A stretch of DNA of 64,000 bases from Macrostomum lignano (lineage: Eukaryota), in contig NIVC01001753.1 of the NCBI GenBank assembly GCA_002269645.1, forward strand, positions 62,001-126,000, in the 5' to 3' direction. Shown in pieces: positions 35,234 through 48,983 of this stretch. The notes below the pieces were generated by a model. It was not told where the DNA came from and did not search any database. It saw nothing but the letters and a program-made list of their open reading frames with translations. How positions within the stretch are numbered: position 1 is the first letter of the stretch; every line of letters begins with the position of its first letter. The translations under genes and the position numbers were made by a program.

Positions 35234-37990
35234 CTGAAAAGGGAAAAGAAATGAAAATAAGACACTATTTAATAGGAGTATATGCCAATTGTGCTTTTAG
35301 GTCCCTCATAAAGGCTAGCAATGAAAACACAGAAAACACAATTGAACATGTATATTGTGCCAGTAGCTAAATTGACTTTTTCTGAACTAAATGCTAAGCC
35401 CACTGACTGTTTAAAATAAAATCAATCAATATTTAGTGGTAAATAGTATATGCCAATTGTGCTTCTAGGTCCCTGATAAAGGCTAGCAATGAAAACACAG
35501 AAAACACAATTGAATCTGTATATTGTGCCAGTAGCTAAATTGACTTTTTCTGAACTAAATGCTAAGTCCACTAACTGTTTAAAATAAAATCAATCAATCA
35601 ATATTTAGTGGTAAATAGTACATGCCAATTGTGCTTTTAGGTCCCTGACAGAGGCTAGCAATGAAAACACTGAAAACATAATTGAATCTATATATATTAA
35701 AGAAGTTTAAAATTTGGATATTTGGGGGCATTGGCTAACATAAGCATAAGTTAGCTACTATTGCTCTTCTGTATTACTTTATATAAGCAAGAGCACTGTT
35801 TATCAAAGCAGATGTCCCCATATAACATGTTAAACTCAAATGAATATAGATAGGAGCCAAAGAATAGCTAGGCCCCTAATCTATATATTAAACTGCATTA
35901 GAATATATGTCTAACATTGAAATTTATAATTATACTCTTGATTTATTTTAATGTCAATATTTACTGTAATTTAATAGGCAATGCTTTGCTTTAGTAGTAT
36001 TTAAATCAACGAATGAGTGCTTGGAGAGTTTACAAGTTATGCTAGACTAGGCAAGATTGGAAGAGTCTTAATATTAATATAAGTAGGTCTATAGATAATG
36101 AAAAGCTTTTACAACATGTGCTAACATACATACATTCTTGTGCTAAAAGTGACATTGCAGATCCATTTCAGCAATAATGTACTAAGAATAAGTGAATAAC
36201 CACAAGTAAAGTAAATCATATTGCTAAGAGTACAATCATTATTTACTTACTATTTAATTACTAACTAATTAGCAATCACTATCTACATACTAACTATTTA
36301 TTATTTCACTTTTAGTGATATTTACGCTCACTTAATTGCTCAAGTATGCAATAGACAATATGTGTTTAATCACATGATGCAACACAGGTTCGAAGAATCC
36401 AATACCATACCATATATACAGTAGTTAGTGATCAACCTCAACTGCTCGGCGAGCCTTGCAGTGGTCTTGCGCACGGAATTTAAATAGGTGCTATTTTTGT
36501 TAAAGTTATAAATATTCCATTGATATTTACAAACTTTGTGGAACATATAAATCAAATCGGATTAGTACGCATGGTTGCGCAATGATTAGTGAATAGAAAT
36601 TACAGAAGCTCAATACATGCGCAATCTCTGCTGCGATTAAAATTTGATCACTCCCTTTTCACTCCATTATAAGAACACAAAAACTTTTTTTCTCCCTTAT
36701 TTTAGCACGTCTAGGCCTGTGATTGTGTGCGCAAAGGTTATATAACTTGCGCAATCGTTTATTTATTTATTTTCACTGTTTCAGTTTCATCATTTTTGGG
36801 CGTGAAATCTGAGGCGTGAATTCAGTAGTTAGTGCGTTTGAGTGGCTTAAATGACTTAAAATGAGTTTAAGCGCCATTTTAACGTCCTCAGTAAAACAAA
36901 ACAAATGACAAGATTTTATTTTTAAAAACCGATAAGTATTTATAAACGATGTTTTAAGGGTTATAAAAACCTAGTTTAAGATTTTAAATGGGTAGATAGT
37001 CAGTCTAAACTTGTTTTCTACTATTCGATACTGTAAATTATAATAAATCGCTAAGTGAGAAATATTTATTAATGATGCTCTAGTTATTTCTTTAAAAATT
37101 TTATGATTCTTTTAGGGTAAATAATCATTTTAACGATACTGGATATCAGTTTAAATTACTTAATTAATATGGATAATCAAGTCCACGTGGACATTGACAC
37201 GCAGCAATTTAAGTTTTCGTTGTGTGCAATTTTCTCACTCCAAATATGTCCAATAAATTAAAAGATTTTTATTGTTAAGTTTATATCTTCTTCTTCGAAT
37301 TAGGTTGCTAGATATCAGTTTAAATATCGCCTTGTGAGGGTTGGACTATTTGTTTCACTTTTTAATTTCTTTGCTTTTCTGGTTCGAATATCCTTGATTA
37401 AAATTTGTGCTTAGTGTTAAATGACTTTTAATTAGTGTTGATATTATAAAACAATTAGTATTAATTTATGTAGCCTATCGTACTATTTTGAAATAAATTT
37501 TCAATAGTCCTTGTTTTAATTGCATTCAATAATTGCTACTCTGTACCTATTTTTCATTATTATTTTTAGTCTTGGATGTTGCTTGATTGGACAGTGAAGC
37601 TAGCTAAATTATTTATAAACTTTGCATTAATTGCTTTTTATAAACAATTTCAATTACTACTGGTATCTAATGACAGTAGCCAAATGCACTACTTATTAAT
37701 AATATCCGACTTCCAAGTTTTTGATTGTTATATTAAGATTTTTTTGGTAATAATCCACTCATTTCATTCAAGCAGTATATTACACACTGTCTTACACATT
37801 TACTATTTCTTAAGAATTTCATTGTTTTTGTTTAGTTGAAATTTTCTGTAGTATTAATTGTGTTAATTCACTGATTTTAATTAATCCCAAAAAGCTGTCT
37901 AATTGAAAGTTTTTTGTGTAATATTTACTCCTGCAATTTGTCGGTCTGGTTTTTTTCTACCTGTGCATTGATCATCACGATTTTTACGTA

Positions 37991-40934
37991 ATGGATTTTC
38001 TTTATAGTGACGTTTTAGTTTTGGTGCAACAACAATGTGACGCGGTAGGTGATGCGCAGGTACTCGCGGCAAAGCCTGTAAAAGAACCAAGGAAAAAGGT
38101 CAATAGATACATTGAGGATACAGTTTATCATTTTAACGACCATCAATTTCGAGATTATTTTAGACAGCCTCGTGCTGCTGTTCAGTCGTTAGTATTAAAG
38201 TTGGCCGCATTTCTCCATCTATTCTAACCGATTGGTACTAGCTCTATTACAATTATTTCAGTCTTTCTGCGTTACTCTTCAACCCAGGAATCGTACGAAT
38301 CTATAGGAACAATTTTAATTTATCTAAGAGTACAGTTAGTCTTATAATTCGTCGCGTATTGAATGCTTTGCATGACCAGTGGGTTTTGTAGAGTCGGTGT
38401 ATATTTCGTCGCAAGAAGAGTGTCTACAGCACGCCACGCGTTTCAGTCTGCAATCAAGAAATTTTTTTAGTGCTAGTGATGGGTTTCGACCTTCGGGCTC
38501 CTTGTTAGGGAAGCCTTCAGGCCTCAGGCTCAGAAATAAATCAATTAGAGTCCTGGCCCCCCACTCCTGTCAGATGGTCAGCCCCATGGTAGCTTGATCG
38601 TGTGGCGAGCAGTCTAGGTCCTATAGCTAAGAGAGGGACAGCGAGAGACGAGCAGGGAGAATTTTGAAAGTAGAAATTAGCTAATCCGCAGATCAACTAA
38701 CTTGCTGCCACCAGCCCGTGCGCCCTGGCTCACCACACCGGGACTCTCGAAATCGGGCTTCCGACTAGAAGGGGCTTTGCACTTACCTGCCAACTAGTGT
38801 CTTTTTGCTGTCAATCTCGAAGTCATAGCCGATGATAAGGGACACTGCTGGGACTAGATCGCATTGGCCATGCAGGTACAGAGGGGACTTGTGCAGGGGA
38901 TTCTTGCGGTGGCGAGTCTATGGGGTAGCTGCATGTACTATTACATTGCTAAATACGAAGATATGTACTTTTGGCCTTCAACGCGCCAACTAGCCTCTCA
39001 TAGCGCTGATGATAGACTAACTCGAACTTCAGAGACCGCATGATTCGTTTACCCGAGCCGCTTGGCTACCCTAGAGTGCACAAAGTACATCTCTGGCGCC
39101 GATTCTGCACTTCTGGCAGTTTTGCTCACTGATTTGATAGATTGGTCGACTGAGAACTGCCTTGCCATTGGTCCACTGTGACCGGCGCCTACTAGCTTAG
39201 CTACTCATCTGAGCCATCGGCGAACAAAGAAATAAAACCGATAAAAATAACTGTTAGATTTAACCTTCTCCTTAGTTCACTTCACACTTCAGATAGCAGT
39301 ATTATTGAATGATTTCTGCCTCAGCAACAGCACTACTGAACAAAATGAGCAAAAGTGTGCGCCTAATTCAGCTACTGCAACAGGGGACAGATAAGGGATC
39401 ACCCAATCAAGCAAGTCTAGGTAGCCTCTCACCCAACCAATCAGAAACTCAACAGCCGGAGACCAGGTAATCCACAGTGACCGAATCGGCTCGATGCTCT
39501 GCAGCTGTAGACTCGGGATGATGCTGTCACAATATTCGCTGTTAGCTAGCAGGTGATGCTCTTAACTTGATGTTCGCTGCTGATGACCGGGGGACTCGTC
39601 CTTGATGATGATGGGGGGAAGTCGCAATCCGGGGATCAAGAAACGACGGTCAGTTCCGGGCCGGTGGAGTAGGAACCAGGCCAGAGTCGGAACAGCTACC
39701 GGTCCGAGCGGGCCAAAAACACCGGTTTAAATAGCCGCCAACTGGACCGCAGTTTGTTATAATGGAACACGTCGATTCTGATTGGCTGAGCCGTTTTGTT
39801 AAAATGAGCGCCGAATTTTCTGATTGGCTAAGCTTGTTGCTACCCAGAATCACGTGACCGAGAGATCCTATTAGTTCCCACAGGGTCGTAAAAAGATGAC
39901 AGGTGCGGCCATAAATCACTCAAAATCGCAACAAAATGATTTGACTTTTCGCGTAGGATTGACGGAAATTAATGAAAAAGTATACATTAGAAAGCTCTTA
40001 TTAAATAGAAAGTGAAGATAATGAAGAGAAATCGCTAATCGCTAATCCCAAAGTACTTTTAGGGGTAAAACGCATAGCTGTCAAAGCTGTCACACGCTTG
40101 AGTGAACACGAACAATAGGCTCTGACTTCATAAATCTTGATGGTCTGTCAAAATGATGAGAAAAAAGCTACCGCCCGCATCCTCTCAGACCATCTGGCGC
40201 CCGCCTCAACACTGAGTGAGGCGCAGGTGGCTGTCAGACCAGCTGCGAAAGCGATGATTTATGACCCAAAAAGCTGCGCCTATGTTATTATGACTACTAG
40301 TATGACCAGACATTATATCTAGTATAAATTTTATGAAAATTCGCAGAAAAAGGATAAAAATGCCCACTGCCCACTGTTGGTAGGCAAGTAAGTTCAGAGC
40401 CCATGTGCTAGCGCGGGATTTGGGAAAAAGTGCGTCCTCATCACTAGTATAATTGGGGCAATAGACGTTAAAGAAGTCCGGATTTTCTGTCCATCTGACA
40501 ATGGAGAAGCGTATTACAACAGGAAACAATTTCACTCAATTAAGCTGCAAATTGTAAGTACAAGCACGACCAAAATAATCGAATACTTCATTGGGTGGCC
40601 AGGCAGCTCCAACGATTCTCGAGCCTTCCAGCATTCTCCATTACGCGTACAGTTGGAGGTTCTGCATGAGTGGGGCTTTCGATTAATCGGAGATTCAGCA
40701 TACCCATGTTCAGAATACCTATTGACACCGTATAAGGGCCGAAACCTTTCTCCGGGCAAAAAACAATTCAACAAAAAGCTAAGCAAACTACGTCAGTGTG
40801 TCGAGCGAACTTTCGGAATTCTGTCCAGGCGTTGGCAGCGAATTAATCACATCAATTTCGATAGTTTGAACTCTGCATGCAAGATGATTGAAGCAGTATG
40901 CTGTCTGCATAATTTTTCGCTGAAGTTTGACTAA
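37991..40934 (+). pseudogene. Harbinger (HARBI1-like) transposase split by a ~2-kb unclassified insertion
   Basis: N-part 37991-38460 (FRDYFRQPR, NLSKSTVS). C-part 40443-40934: IIGAID, WPGSSND, LIGDSAYP, VERTFGIL, CCLHNF. Confidence 0.9.
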
Positions 40935-41858
40935 CTGCAGTTCCGTCTGCTGGAAGACAATGAGCTCATGTTCGTTTTCATTCTTGTTAACAGTTAATTT
41001 AATTATCGTAATTGAAACTGCTACGTAAGATGACGAAGTAACTTAAATTAAGTAACTTATTGTTCTTAATGTACTTAGTGTTATTGCCAGCGACGCACAA
41101 GGGAGGGGGTCGGTCCCCCTCATCTAACTTTGGCAGAGACCTGAAAATCAATCATTGGGATCCAGCACATTTTCGTCAAACACAGAGTCCCCCCTTTTGG
41201 GGTCTTTACCCTCCAGAGTCTGGCCAGTCGAAAGATTCCGGGTTGCGCCACTGTCTATTGTGATTTTGTTTTCTTTTTCTCAAATCTGCTTTTCTTCGCA
41301 CACGCTCATACAGTTTTGATGTACATGTACATGTACGAGACATGTAAAATGATGAAATTTTAGCAAACCAGTCGATTTATTATATGAACGAGTTTCATTT
41401 CAAAAAACGCAAGCAAAATGTAATTCAACGTTGAGTTATGAGCTACAAAGTATATAGGTTATCGTGGTGCAAATGACGTTGCCAATTGAGAAAGGGTCAG
41501 AATAAAGTTGACTTTTATCAGTTAACAGATTGAAGGCTGAACAAAAACGAAAGTGTTGTGTCTCTCCGTTATTTTGATGCAACAGTAGTCAGGCTATCAC
41601 AACCATAATATTGTCCTGCATTTGTCCCCAAGTTGGACCCTATAGATAGGATATCAATGTCCCTTTTCCCAATGACTTATCCCTGCACTTCGTCGCTCAA
41701 ATCAGGCCGGAAGCGCTAGCCCTGTCTCATTAATGAATTATCGTTTCTCCGGTCTATACCTTTACGCAGGTGCCATGCAGCCGTGATTGAGCATTTACCT
41801 AAATTAAAAACTATAGATCAGTTGGCCGGGTTACATCTATGTAGATTAAGTACATGTT

Positions 41859-43090
41859 TTACATGTACTCGTTATTGCTGCACACCTCGACTGCAAAAGT
41901 CGAGCATTTTTTCATTATTTCCATTTCCTTCTCTCTGACCTCAAGTGCGTGCTTCTCATTCTGCAGTCGCAATTTTTCAACATCCAGTCGTTCACGTTGA
42001 ATTGCCAACTGTCCTTCTTCTATGCTGGCAACTCTGTCCATGAGGCCTAGCAGCAGCTTTTTGTTCGACGCCTCGACATCGGTTGCCCTTGTCGTTACGC
42101 GCAGGATGGCTGTAGTGGTTGAGTCCTAGAAATCCCTAACTGTTTGGATTAGCTCAGCAGCACCACTCCGTCTTTTACGGGATTGGGTATAACTTTCAGT
42201 CGGTCTGCTGAATTCTTCTGGCGCCAGATCTATAAAGCAATGCACGGATATAGTATAACTGTTTGGCGACAGGCCAAGCTTTAAATAAATTTTATTATAA
42301 AATAATAAAATTACTATTATGTACTTGTACCTAATGCATAAGAAATTGGCTGTTGTGTTCGCACTTGATCGTCTATTTCGCCATTCCTCTCCTCCTCAGA
42401 CAACAACGCCTTCCACTGACGTTTGCAAACACTGAGGCGTGGATCTCCTTTAAAGTATATGCAGATGAACCTAGTTATTCGAATTCAAGAGAAGTTTTTA
42501 GGGACCGCTGGCATTGAAAACCTTACCAACGTTCCTCGCAGAGGGTGCTGTCGGTAGGTGCTGACGGCCGTATTGCGCTTGGGTAGTTTTTAAGTCATTC
42601 ATGGCAGAGGCAGATGCAGTCACAGAAGGTGCACATGTCGACGACAGGAGCACACGGGGCTGAATCAGAGGGCTGTCGCCCATGTAGTCATCCATCATTG
42701 ATGCGAATGGATAAACATGCTCCTTCGTCGAGCTGCCAGTTGGAGGATGCTTGAATAGCCTGCACGTTTTTTAAATAAACATTAAATATTGCATTTGAAA
42801 CAAATTTCATGATTATATGAATTCATATCGTATCAGTGAGTGCGCACACCAGTATCGCCTTCTCTCGTTGTACCACTGAGACTTTAATTGGGACACGGTC
42901 CAATGGAAACCTTTCGTCCGCATCTCTTTAGCTATCCTATCATATTTTTCAGCAGGTCGAACACCATTTAGCTGGTTTATATTTTGCTCGATGGCCAACT
43001 GCAAAAAGATTTTCCTCTCATTGAAATGCCATACTCTGGCCTGTGACGTGGAGTCAATGCGCTCCTGATCTTGCGCTGGGGACGAAATGG
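41859..43090 (-). pseudogene. Harbinger second gene, Myb/SANT-like with a C-terminal coiled coil (spliced)
   Basis: WHFNERKIFLQLAIE…YDRIAKEMRTKGFHWTVSQLKSQWYNERRRY, then YPFASMMDDYMGDSP and a coil exon. Convergent with the transposase. Confidence 0.75.
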
Positions 43091-45404
43091 TTAACTTAAT
43101 TATTAGATTGAATGGTATGTAATATAAAAATCAAATATATTTGTCAACAAACTACTAATATAAACTTATCTCAAACTTGAAGATATTCGAAAAAATGCAA
43201 CATACAACGATTGTTCTACGTGTACAAACACAAAACCCCAAAAATTTAACTGTTAATTGATGCACTGAACTAATATTAAAAATAATCATATTACTTGCAG
43301 CTGGCGACCGTGCATTCACGAACGGCAACTCATTTGTTGTGAATGGGACACTCCTATCATCAATATCGTCAATGACATCGATGATGCGACTTGTAGTCTC
43401 GACGTCTTTGAGTGTCAGATTCAGCAATCCATTCTCGAAGGTTGCAGTTGCTATGTTTTATTAAATCGTTAGAGTGCAAGAGTAGAATATTGTCTGAGAT
43501 TATTTAAATGACAATGCTACGGATTGTCAACCAAACTTAAGTAAGTACAAATAAGCATTGGGATTTGCAATAAAAATTGGACTTACCTCCCGACAAAAAG
43601 TGCACTGCACTGTCATGGCTAGTCGAGTCAACCAAAATCTTGAGTAGACGTCCAGCTTGCTAGATAAAAATCTCGAAGTTGGACATTACTCTGCAATGAA
43701 ATTCTTAAGAAATAGTAAAATGTGAAATGTAAAATATGTAAGACAGTGTATGACAGTGTGTAATATAATGATTAAATGAAATGAGTGGATTATTACCAAA
43801 AAAACTTGGAAGTCAGATATTATTAATAAATAGTGCATTTGGTTACTGTCATTAGATACCAATTGTTTATAAATAGATAAATAAATTTGAAATTGTTTAT
43901 AAATAGCAATTAATGCAACAGTTTATAAATATTATAGCTAGCTTCACTGTCCAATCAAGCAACATCCAAGACTAAAAATAATAATGAAAAATAGGTACAG
44001 AGTAGCAATTAATGAATACAATTAGAACAAAGACTATTGAAAATTTATTTCAAGATAGTACGGTAGGTTACATAAATTAATACTAATTTTTTTATAATAT
44101 CAACACTAATTAAAAGTCATTCAACACTAAGCACAAATTTTAATCAAGGATATTCGAACCAGAAAAGCAAAGAAATTAAAAAGTGAAAAAAATAGTCCAA
44201 CCCTCGCAAGGCGATATTTAAACTGATATCTAGCAACCTAATTCGAAGAAGAAGATATAAACTTAACAATAAAAATCTGTTATTTTATTCGACATATTTG
44301 GAGTGAGAAAATTGCACACAACGAAAACTTAAATTGCTGCGTGTCAATGTCCACGTGGACTTGATTATACATATTAATTAAGTAATTTAAACTGATATCT
44401 AGTATCGTTAAAATGATTATTTACCCTAAAAGAATCATAAAATTTTTAAAGAAATAACTAGAGCATCATTAATAAATATTTCTCACTTAGCGATTTATTA
44501 TAATTTACAGTATCGAATAGTAGAAAACAAGTTTAGACTGACTATCTACCCATTTAAAATCTTAAACTAGGTTTTTATAACCCTAAAAACATCGTTTATA
44601 AATACTTATCGGTTTTTAAAAATAAAAACTTGTCATTTGTTTTGTTTTACTGAGGACGTTAAAATGGCGCTTAAACTCATTTTAAGTCATTTTAAGTTAT
44701 TTTAAGCCACTCGAACGAACCCTATACTTAAAATGAAGTAAATGAATACTTAAACTATGAAGTATAGAAAAACTATATTTTGTGTGATTTTATTACTGTT
44801 CTATAAAAATTTCTTTTTTTGACGAAACTAGTATTAATTTTTGTTTATCTTAACACAATTATCCGAATATTCAAATTGCATTCTGAATCTCTTGTGCAGT
44901 ATAAACATATTACCTTTGGCTTTATAGCCTAAAAGGTCCAGGTTTCATGCCTTCTAGTCTTATTCTGCAACTGGAAAATTCTCTAACCATAATTTTCAAT
45001 CAAAATTGTTTATGCCTAGCTATGCGTATGCCTTTATAATATTAAATAATGATTTTGTAATTTAATTCAGATTTACTTTGATACTAATATAGCATAGGTA
45101 GGGCCTAAATGAACTTGAAAAATCATTTAGCCATTATTATGGTTTCAGTGAGAAAACTTAATATATAAAAGCCTATAGGGCTAATATTTTCATTAAGCTA
45201 TTATTTATAGCCATGGCTAATTCAAGGAAATGGGCTTTGCTTGCTTGCCTTGCAAAGCCTTTGCTTTGACCTTTCTAATTCTAGGCTAATATATAATGAT
45301 TGTTGTGATACCAATACAAGTGCAGCTAATTCTTGAGCAGCATTATGATATCATTCTGGAATATTCAAGAAGTGATTTATCACTTCTTATCACTTCAATA
45401 AGTG

Positions 45405-45630
45405 TTTTCATTATTTATTTAGCTTGTAATTGTTTCTTAATTGCTGACTTTGCGGGTTTTTATTGTTTATTTAGCTTGTAATTGTTTCTTAATTGTTGAA
45501 TTTGCTTGTTTTTATTGTTTATTTAGCTTGTAATTGTTTCTTAATTGTTAACTTTGTGTGTTTTTATTGTTTATTTAGCTTGTAATTGTTTCTTAATTGT
45601 TGACTTTGCGTGTTTTTATTGTTTATTTAG
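45405..45630. repeat. About 52-bp AT-rich minisatellite
   Basis: About 4.5 copies of TTTTATTGTTTATTTAGCTTGTAATTGTTTCTTAATTG…. Confidence 0.85.
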
Positions 45631-46208
45631 CGGCTTGTTTATTTTTTACTTATTATTAAGTTAGCTTTCAGTTTATTCTTTCTTTGTCTATTTGTTCATT
45701 GTTTATTTAATTGCCACACTAAATAAATTTGATCTTGCAGCGGCCACCTTTGTAAATAATGCGACAGTCTGTCGTACCTAAATAAATATTTCGCACTATA
45801 TTCACGAGCATTTTTTGTTTACTTGGAAAAATAAACTCTTATTCGAGAGAGTAAAAACTAAATTGCATGTACGTGCAATTATTGTAAGAAAATATCTGAT
45901 ATTGGAAGTAATTGTAATTTAATTGCAGTAAAATTGCAATTTTCGTGAAGTCTCGCATGATGATTGTAATTTTATTGCAATTTAATTGCACTTTTTGCAC
46001 AATTGAATTGCACTCAAATTGCACTTCTTGCACAAGTTTTCGCAATTATGGCACGTAATTTTTTGTAATTTTCGCAATTCGTTGGGTCATGTGTATTCTA
46101 TGTACTGCAGTTCTAGTTTTGGTTCGTCCATTTTTAGAAGCATTTATGAGCGTATTTCTACATTATACAGTATATAGTTATTGAACTTTGTATAGACTTT
46201 TGCTCAGT

Positions 46209-46413
46209 CAATGGCAGCGCAGCACCTCGCAGTTGGGGGAGGGGGTGGCGGTGGTTTGGTGGTCACCCGCCCCCCTACCCCCTACTAAAAATCAGCAAAT
46301 TGTATGACTAGTCAGAAAAAAATTTCTCGTGGCCTTGCGCATACTTTCAGAATTTTTTGTTTAAGGGGTGCCAGTGGTCACCCGGGCGCTACAGCCCCAC
46401 TGCGCCGCCACTG
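46209..46413. mobile_element. hAT-type MITE
   Basis: TIR CAATGGCAGCGCAG / CTGCGCCGCCACTG. Perfect 8-bp TSD TGCTCAGT at 46201-46208 and 46414-46421. Confidence 0.9.
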
Positions 46414-48019
46414 TGCTCAGTTTAAATACTCGATATATATCTGTTAGTATAATGTGTTGTATGCATGTTTTCTGTTTTGTGAAAAATCTTTACGCATTTA
46501 TCCAGTTTTTGTTTTTTTGTTCTTTTCTCCAGCTCAGTATCATTTTACACAGTGAGTTTACACCTCACTTTCTTATTTAGCAGTTAAAGATTTTCTCAAG
46601 ACTTGCTATTTATTAGTAAAGCCCTGGAGTTAAAAAATGTTTTTTGCTGTTTCCTGAGTTAATGTTTGAAAATATTTTTATAATTAGCCACGCAAATATT
46701 ACTCCTAAAATCTATGCACAGTTCTGATTGCTTTAATTCTTTGATCAACCTCGGATTGCTGTTTGGGTTGACCTGGTGAAGTCATCTCAGCTGCACGGTT
46801 GCATGACAGTTACAATTGAGCTGCAAGTAAGAATTTTGCATTGGTTAGCATCTCTTGATTAGCATCTCTTCTGCATTATTGTGCATCTCTTCTTTAAAGA
46901 AAGAGATAGATTTTTATAATTATTATAAATCATATATTGCAATAAATATTGTTTTCTTTAACGACATGTAAATATACAATGCCAATTGCTATTTTTGTAT
47001 GCTTAAATTTACTTTGTGACAAATTCAATTAAGCCTTCCTATCTATTAGTACTTTTCGAGCAACCAACCATGGCTGAATCACATTCAGCCATGGATAGAT
47101 CACGTTAAATATTTTATAATTAATATCTTGCAGCTGTCCCACAACATTTCTGGACCAAATGATTAAGACACATTTCTATGTTTTCTCGTGAGGAATAAAA
47201 ATCGAGCAGGAAAGCAGAAGTTGTATTGTAGGTAATGAATATAAAGCATCTAACATGAATAAGTCAGGAACAAAATTAATTTTTTATGTGAGTCCTAATT
47301 ATAAATTAGATCTTACTTGAAGTGTTGAAATTCTAAATAAAAATGCAGAAATGAACATTAAGTAGAATTTCCATTAAGTACTACAATAAGTCAATATTTT
47401 TTCAAGTAGGCCCCTAGTTTTTCAGAAGTAATATTGCAATAAGTGCTGAGCGAAGGGTGTTTAAAGATAGTTCCATTCCTTATTTAATAAATCTTTGTTT
47501 CTTATTTAATTTCAAACTGAGTATTGTTCATTCTTCAAATAGTCAAATATAGTAACTAAACATTCTAAACAAATATTTTTTAGACTTTAGGCTTCTTAAT
47601 TCTATTGATCAGGAAGTCCTTTCAAGGAAGTCCTTTCGAGTACAATGCTAAATTTTTTACGCCGGCAGAATTCTTGCCACGATAAATTTGAATGCATACG
47701 ACTTGGAGCAAAAAAAACAAAATGTTGCACAAAAACACTTTCTACTTTAATTTACTGTTGCTATTGAAGCAAAAGTAAAAATAATTTGCATATTTAAAAT
47801 AAAAAAGAATGAGAAGATTATTTTTTCACAATTTTTTTTCGTTGTCCTTTCCGTTACACAGAGTAACAAATTGCTTAATTTCTTCTCATATTTCTGTTTT
47901 TTCGTGGTTTTAATAGCAGTTTCCTAAAGACCTTGTTGAAAAAAACCACTTTTATGTGATTATTGACTATTTAAAAAACTTTTTTTCAATAACAAAAATT
48001 CTTGACCTAGCTTTGAGAA

Positions 48020-48535
48020 CGACCCATCCATTGTAAGTTAATGTCAGTGTTTGACCAGGACCAAGACTAGTTTCATTCTGATTTTCCTGACTGGAAACTC
48101 TTACCTGAGTCGCTTTGATTGTGCTATTATCACTCAAAATAGGCTTGTTAATTTTGTAGAAAACTGGTGTCAGTGGGTCGTTCATTTTTTTAACTAAAAG
48201 AAAATATAAAATAAGAAATGAAGCGAAATAATGCACAGCAGAGATCTGAATTGGAGAAGCTAGCACAAGCAGAAAAGAGAGTTACCGGGCTAATCAATAA
48301 GGAGCAACAATCTTACAATGAGTTTGTTCTAGCAGCCACAGAGTTTCATAAAGCCGGGTATGGTGAAGCTAAGAAAAGTATTGATCAGGTCAAAGAAACT
48401 ATTGATTGCGACATACAGGAAATCCAGGTGCAAAAGGCTTTGGGCAAAATTCCAGAGGCACCGCAGATACAGCCGCAACCACAAAAGTCCTATATACTAA
48501 AAATGAAAATCTTCACAACTAAAAGGGACATGTAA
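48020..48535. mobile_element. Polinton-like fragment: possible capsid-protein N-terminus (minus, ATG 48185) head-to-head with a coiled-coil ORF (plus, 48218)
   Basis: MNDPLTPVFYKINKPILSDNSTIK… has a capsid-like P..D.S pattern. The AT spacer is nearly the same as the INT/PLA2 spacer. Confidence 0.5.
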
Positions 48536-48801
48536 CATTTTTGGACCAGCAGAACATGATGGGAAATATGTATTTGGAATAAGTATGTGGAGAAAAAACA
48601 GTTATAATGAACCAGTGGAATATTATATCGACATAAATAAGAATTTTTATTTGATCCAGCGTGCAAGAGTGCTTTGGAAGTCGCCATATGCGTGCAGAAA
48701 TGCAAGTGTCTAATAGCACCTTGAATTTACATGTGCACTCCATGCAGGAATGTCAATCGTGCAAGAATGTAATGCGCAATGTTTCTATATTTAGCATAAC
48801 A

Positions 48802-48983
48802 GCCATAGACTGCAAGCACAATCTCCTTTCCATCGTGCAAGAATGTTCAGACTAGCTCGCGCATATTTTTTCTATGGTTCAAGTCTAACTCCACACCCCC
48901 AGCTCCATCCTTGTCTACTTTAGCCACACATGTTGGATCAAATAAGAATGGGAATCAGGCACTTTGACTTGTGCGTCTATGGC
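48802..48983. mobile_element. 182-bp mini-element with GCCATAGAC…GTCTATGGC ends
   Basis: Same 9-bp inverted termini as the YR elements, with partial IR extension (TGCAAG / GCACAAG). Confidence 0.5.

Larger units (their letters stand above)
26842..36833. mobile_element. Foldback (FB-NOF-like)/MULE element, 10 kb
   Basis: Near-identical TIRs at 26842-~28399 and ~35277-36833 with ~168-bp inner tandem repeats. 9-bp TSD GCGTTCGAG / GCGTTTGAG. Confidence 0.93.
26829..44722. mobile_element. PIF/Harbinger element with ~800-bp TIRs and a TAT TSD
   Basis: Left end GGGTGCGTTCGAG|TGGC (split by the Foldback element); right end reverse complement GGGTTCGTTCGAGTGGC. Arms at 36843-37620 and 43918-44722. 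TAT at 26826-26828 and 44723-44725. Confidence 0.9.

Noticed and set aside
38480-38530. Hammerhead ribozyme on the minus strand
   Set aside because: The core reads CTAACAA instead of CTGANGA, stem II has a mismatch, and no suitable cleavage triplet follows GAAAC.
46740-47200. Possible host-gene exons
   Set aside because: Splice-like signals are present but there is no recognisable coding motif.
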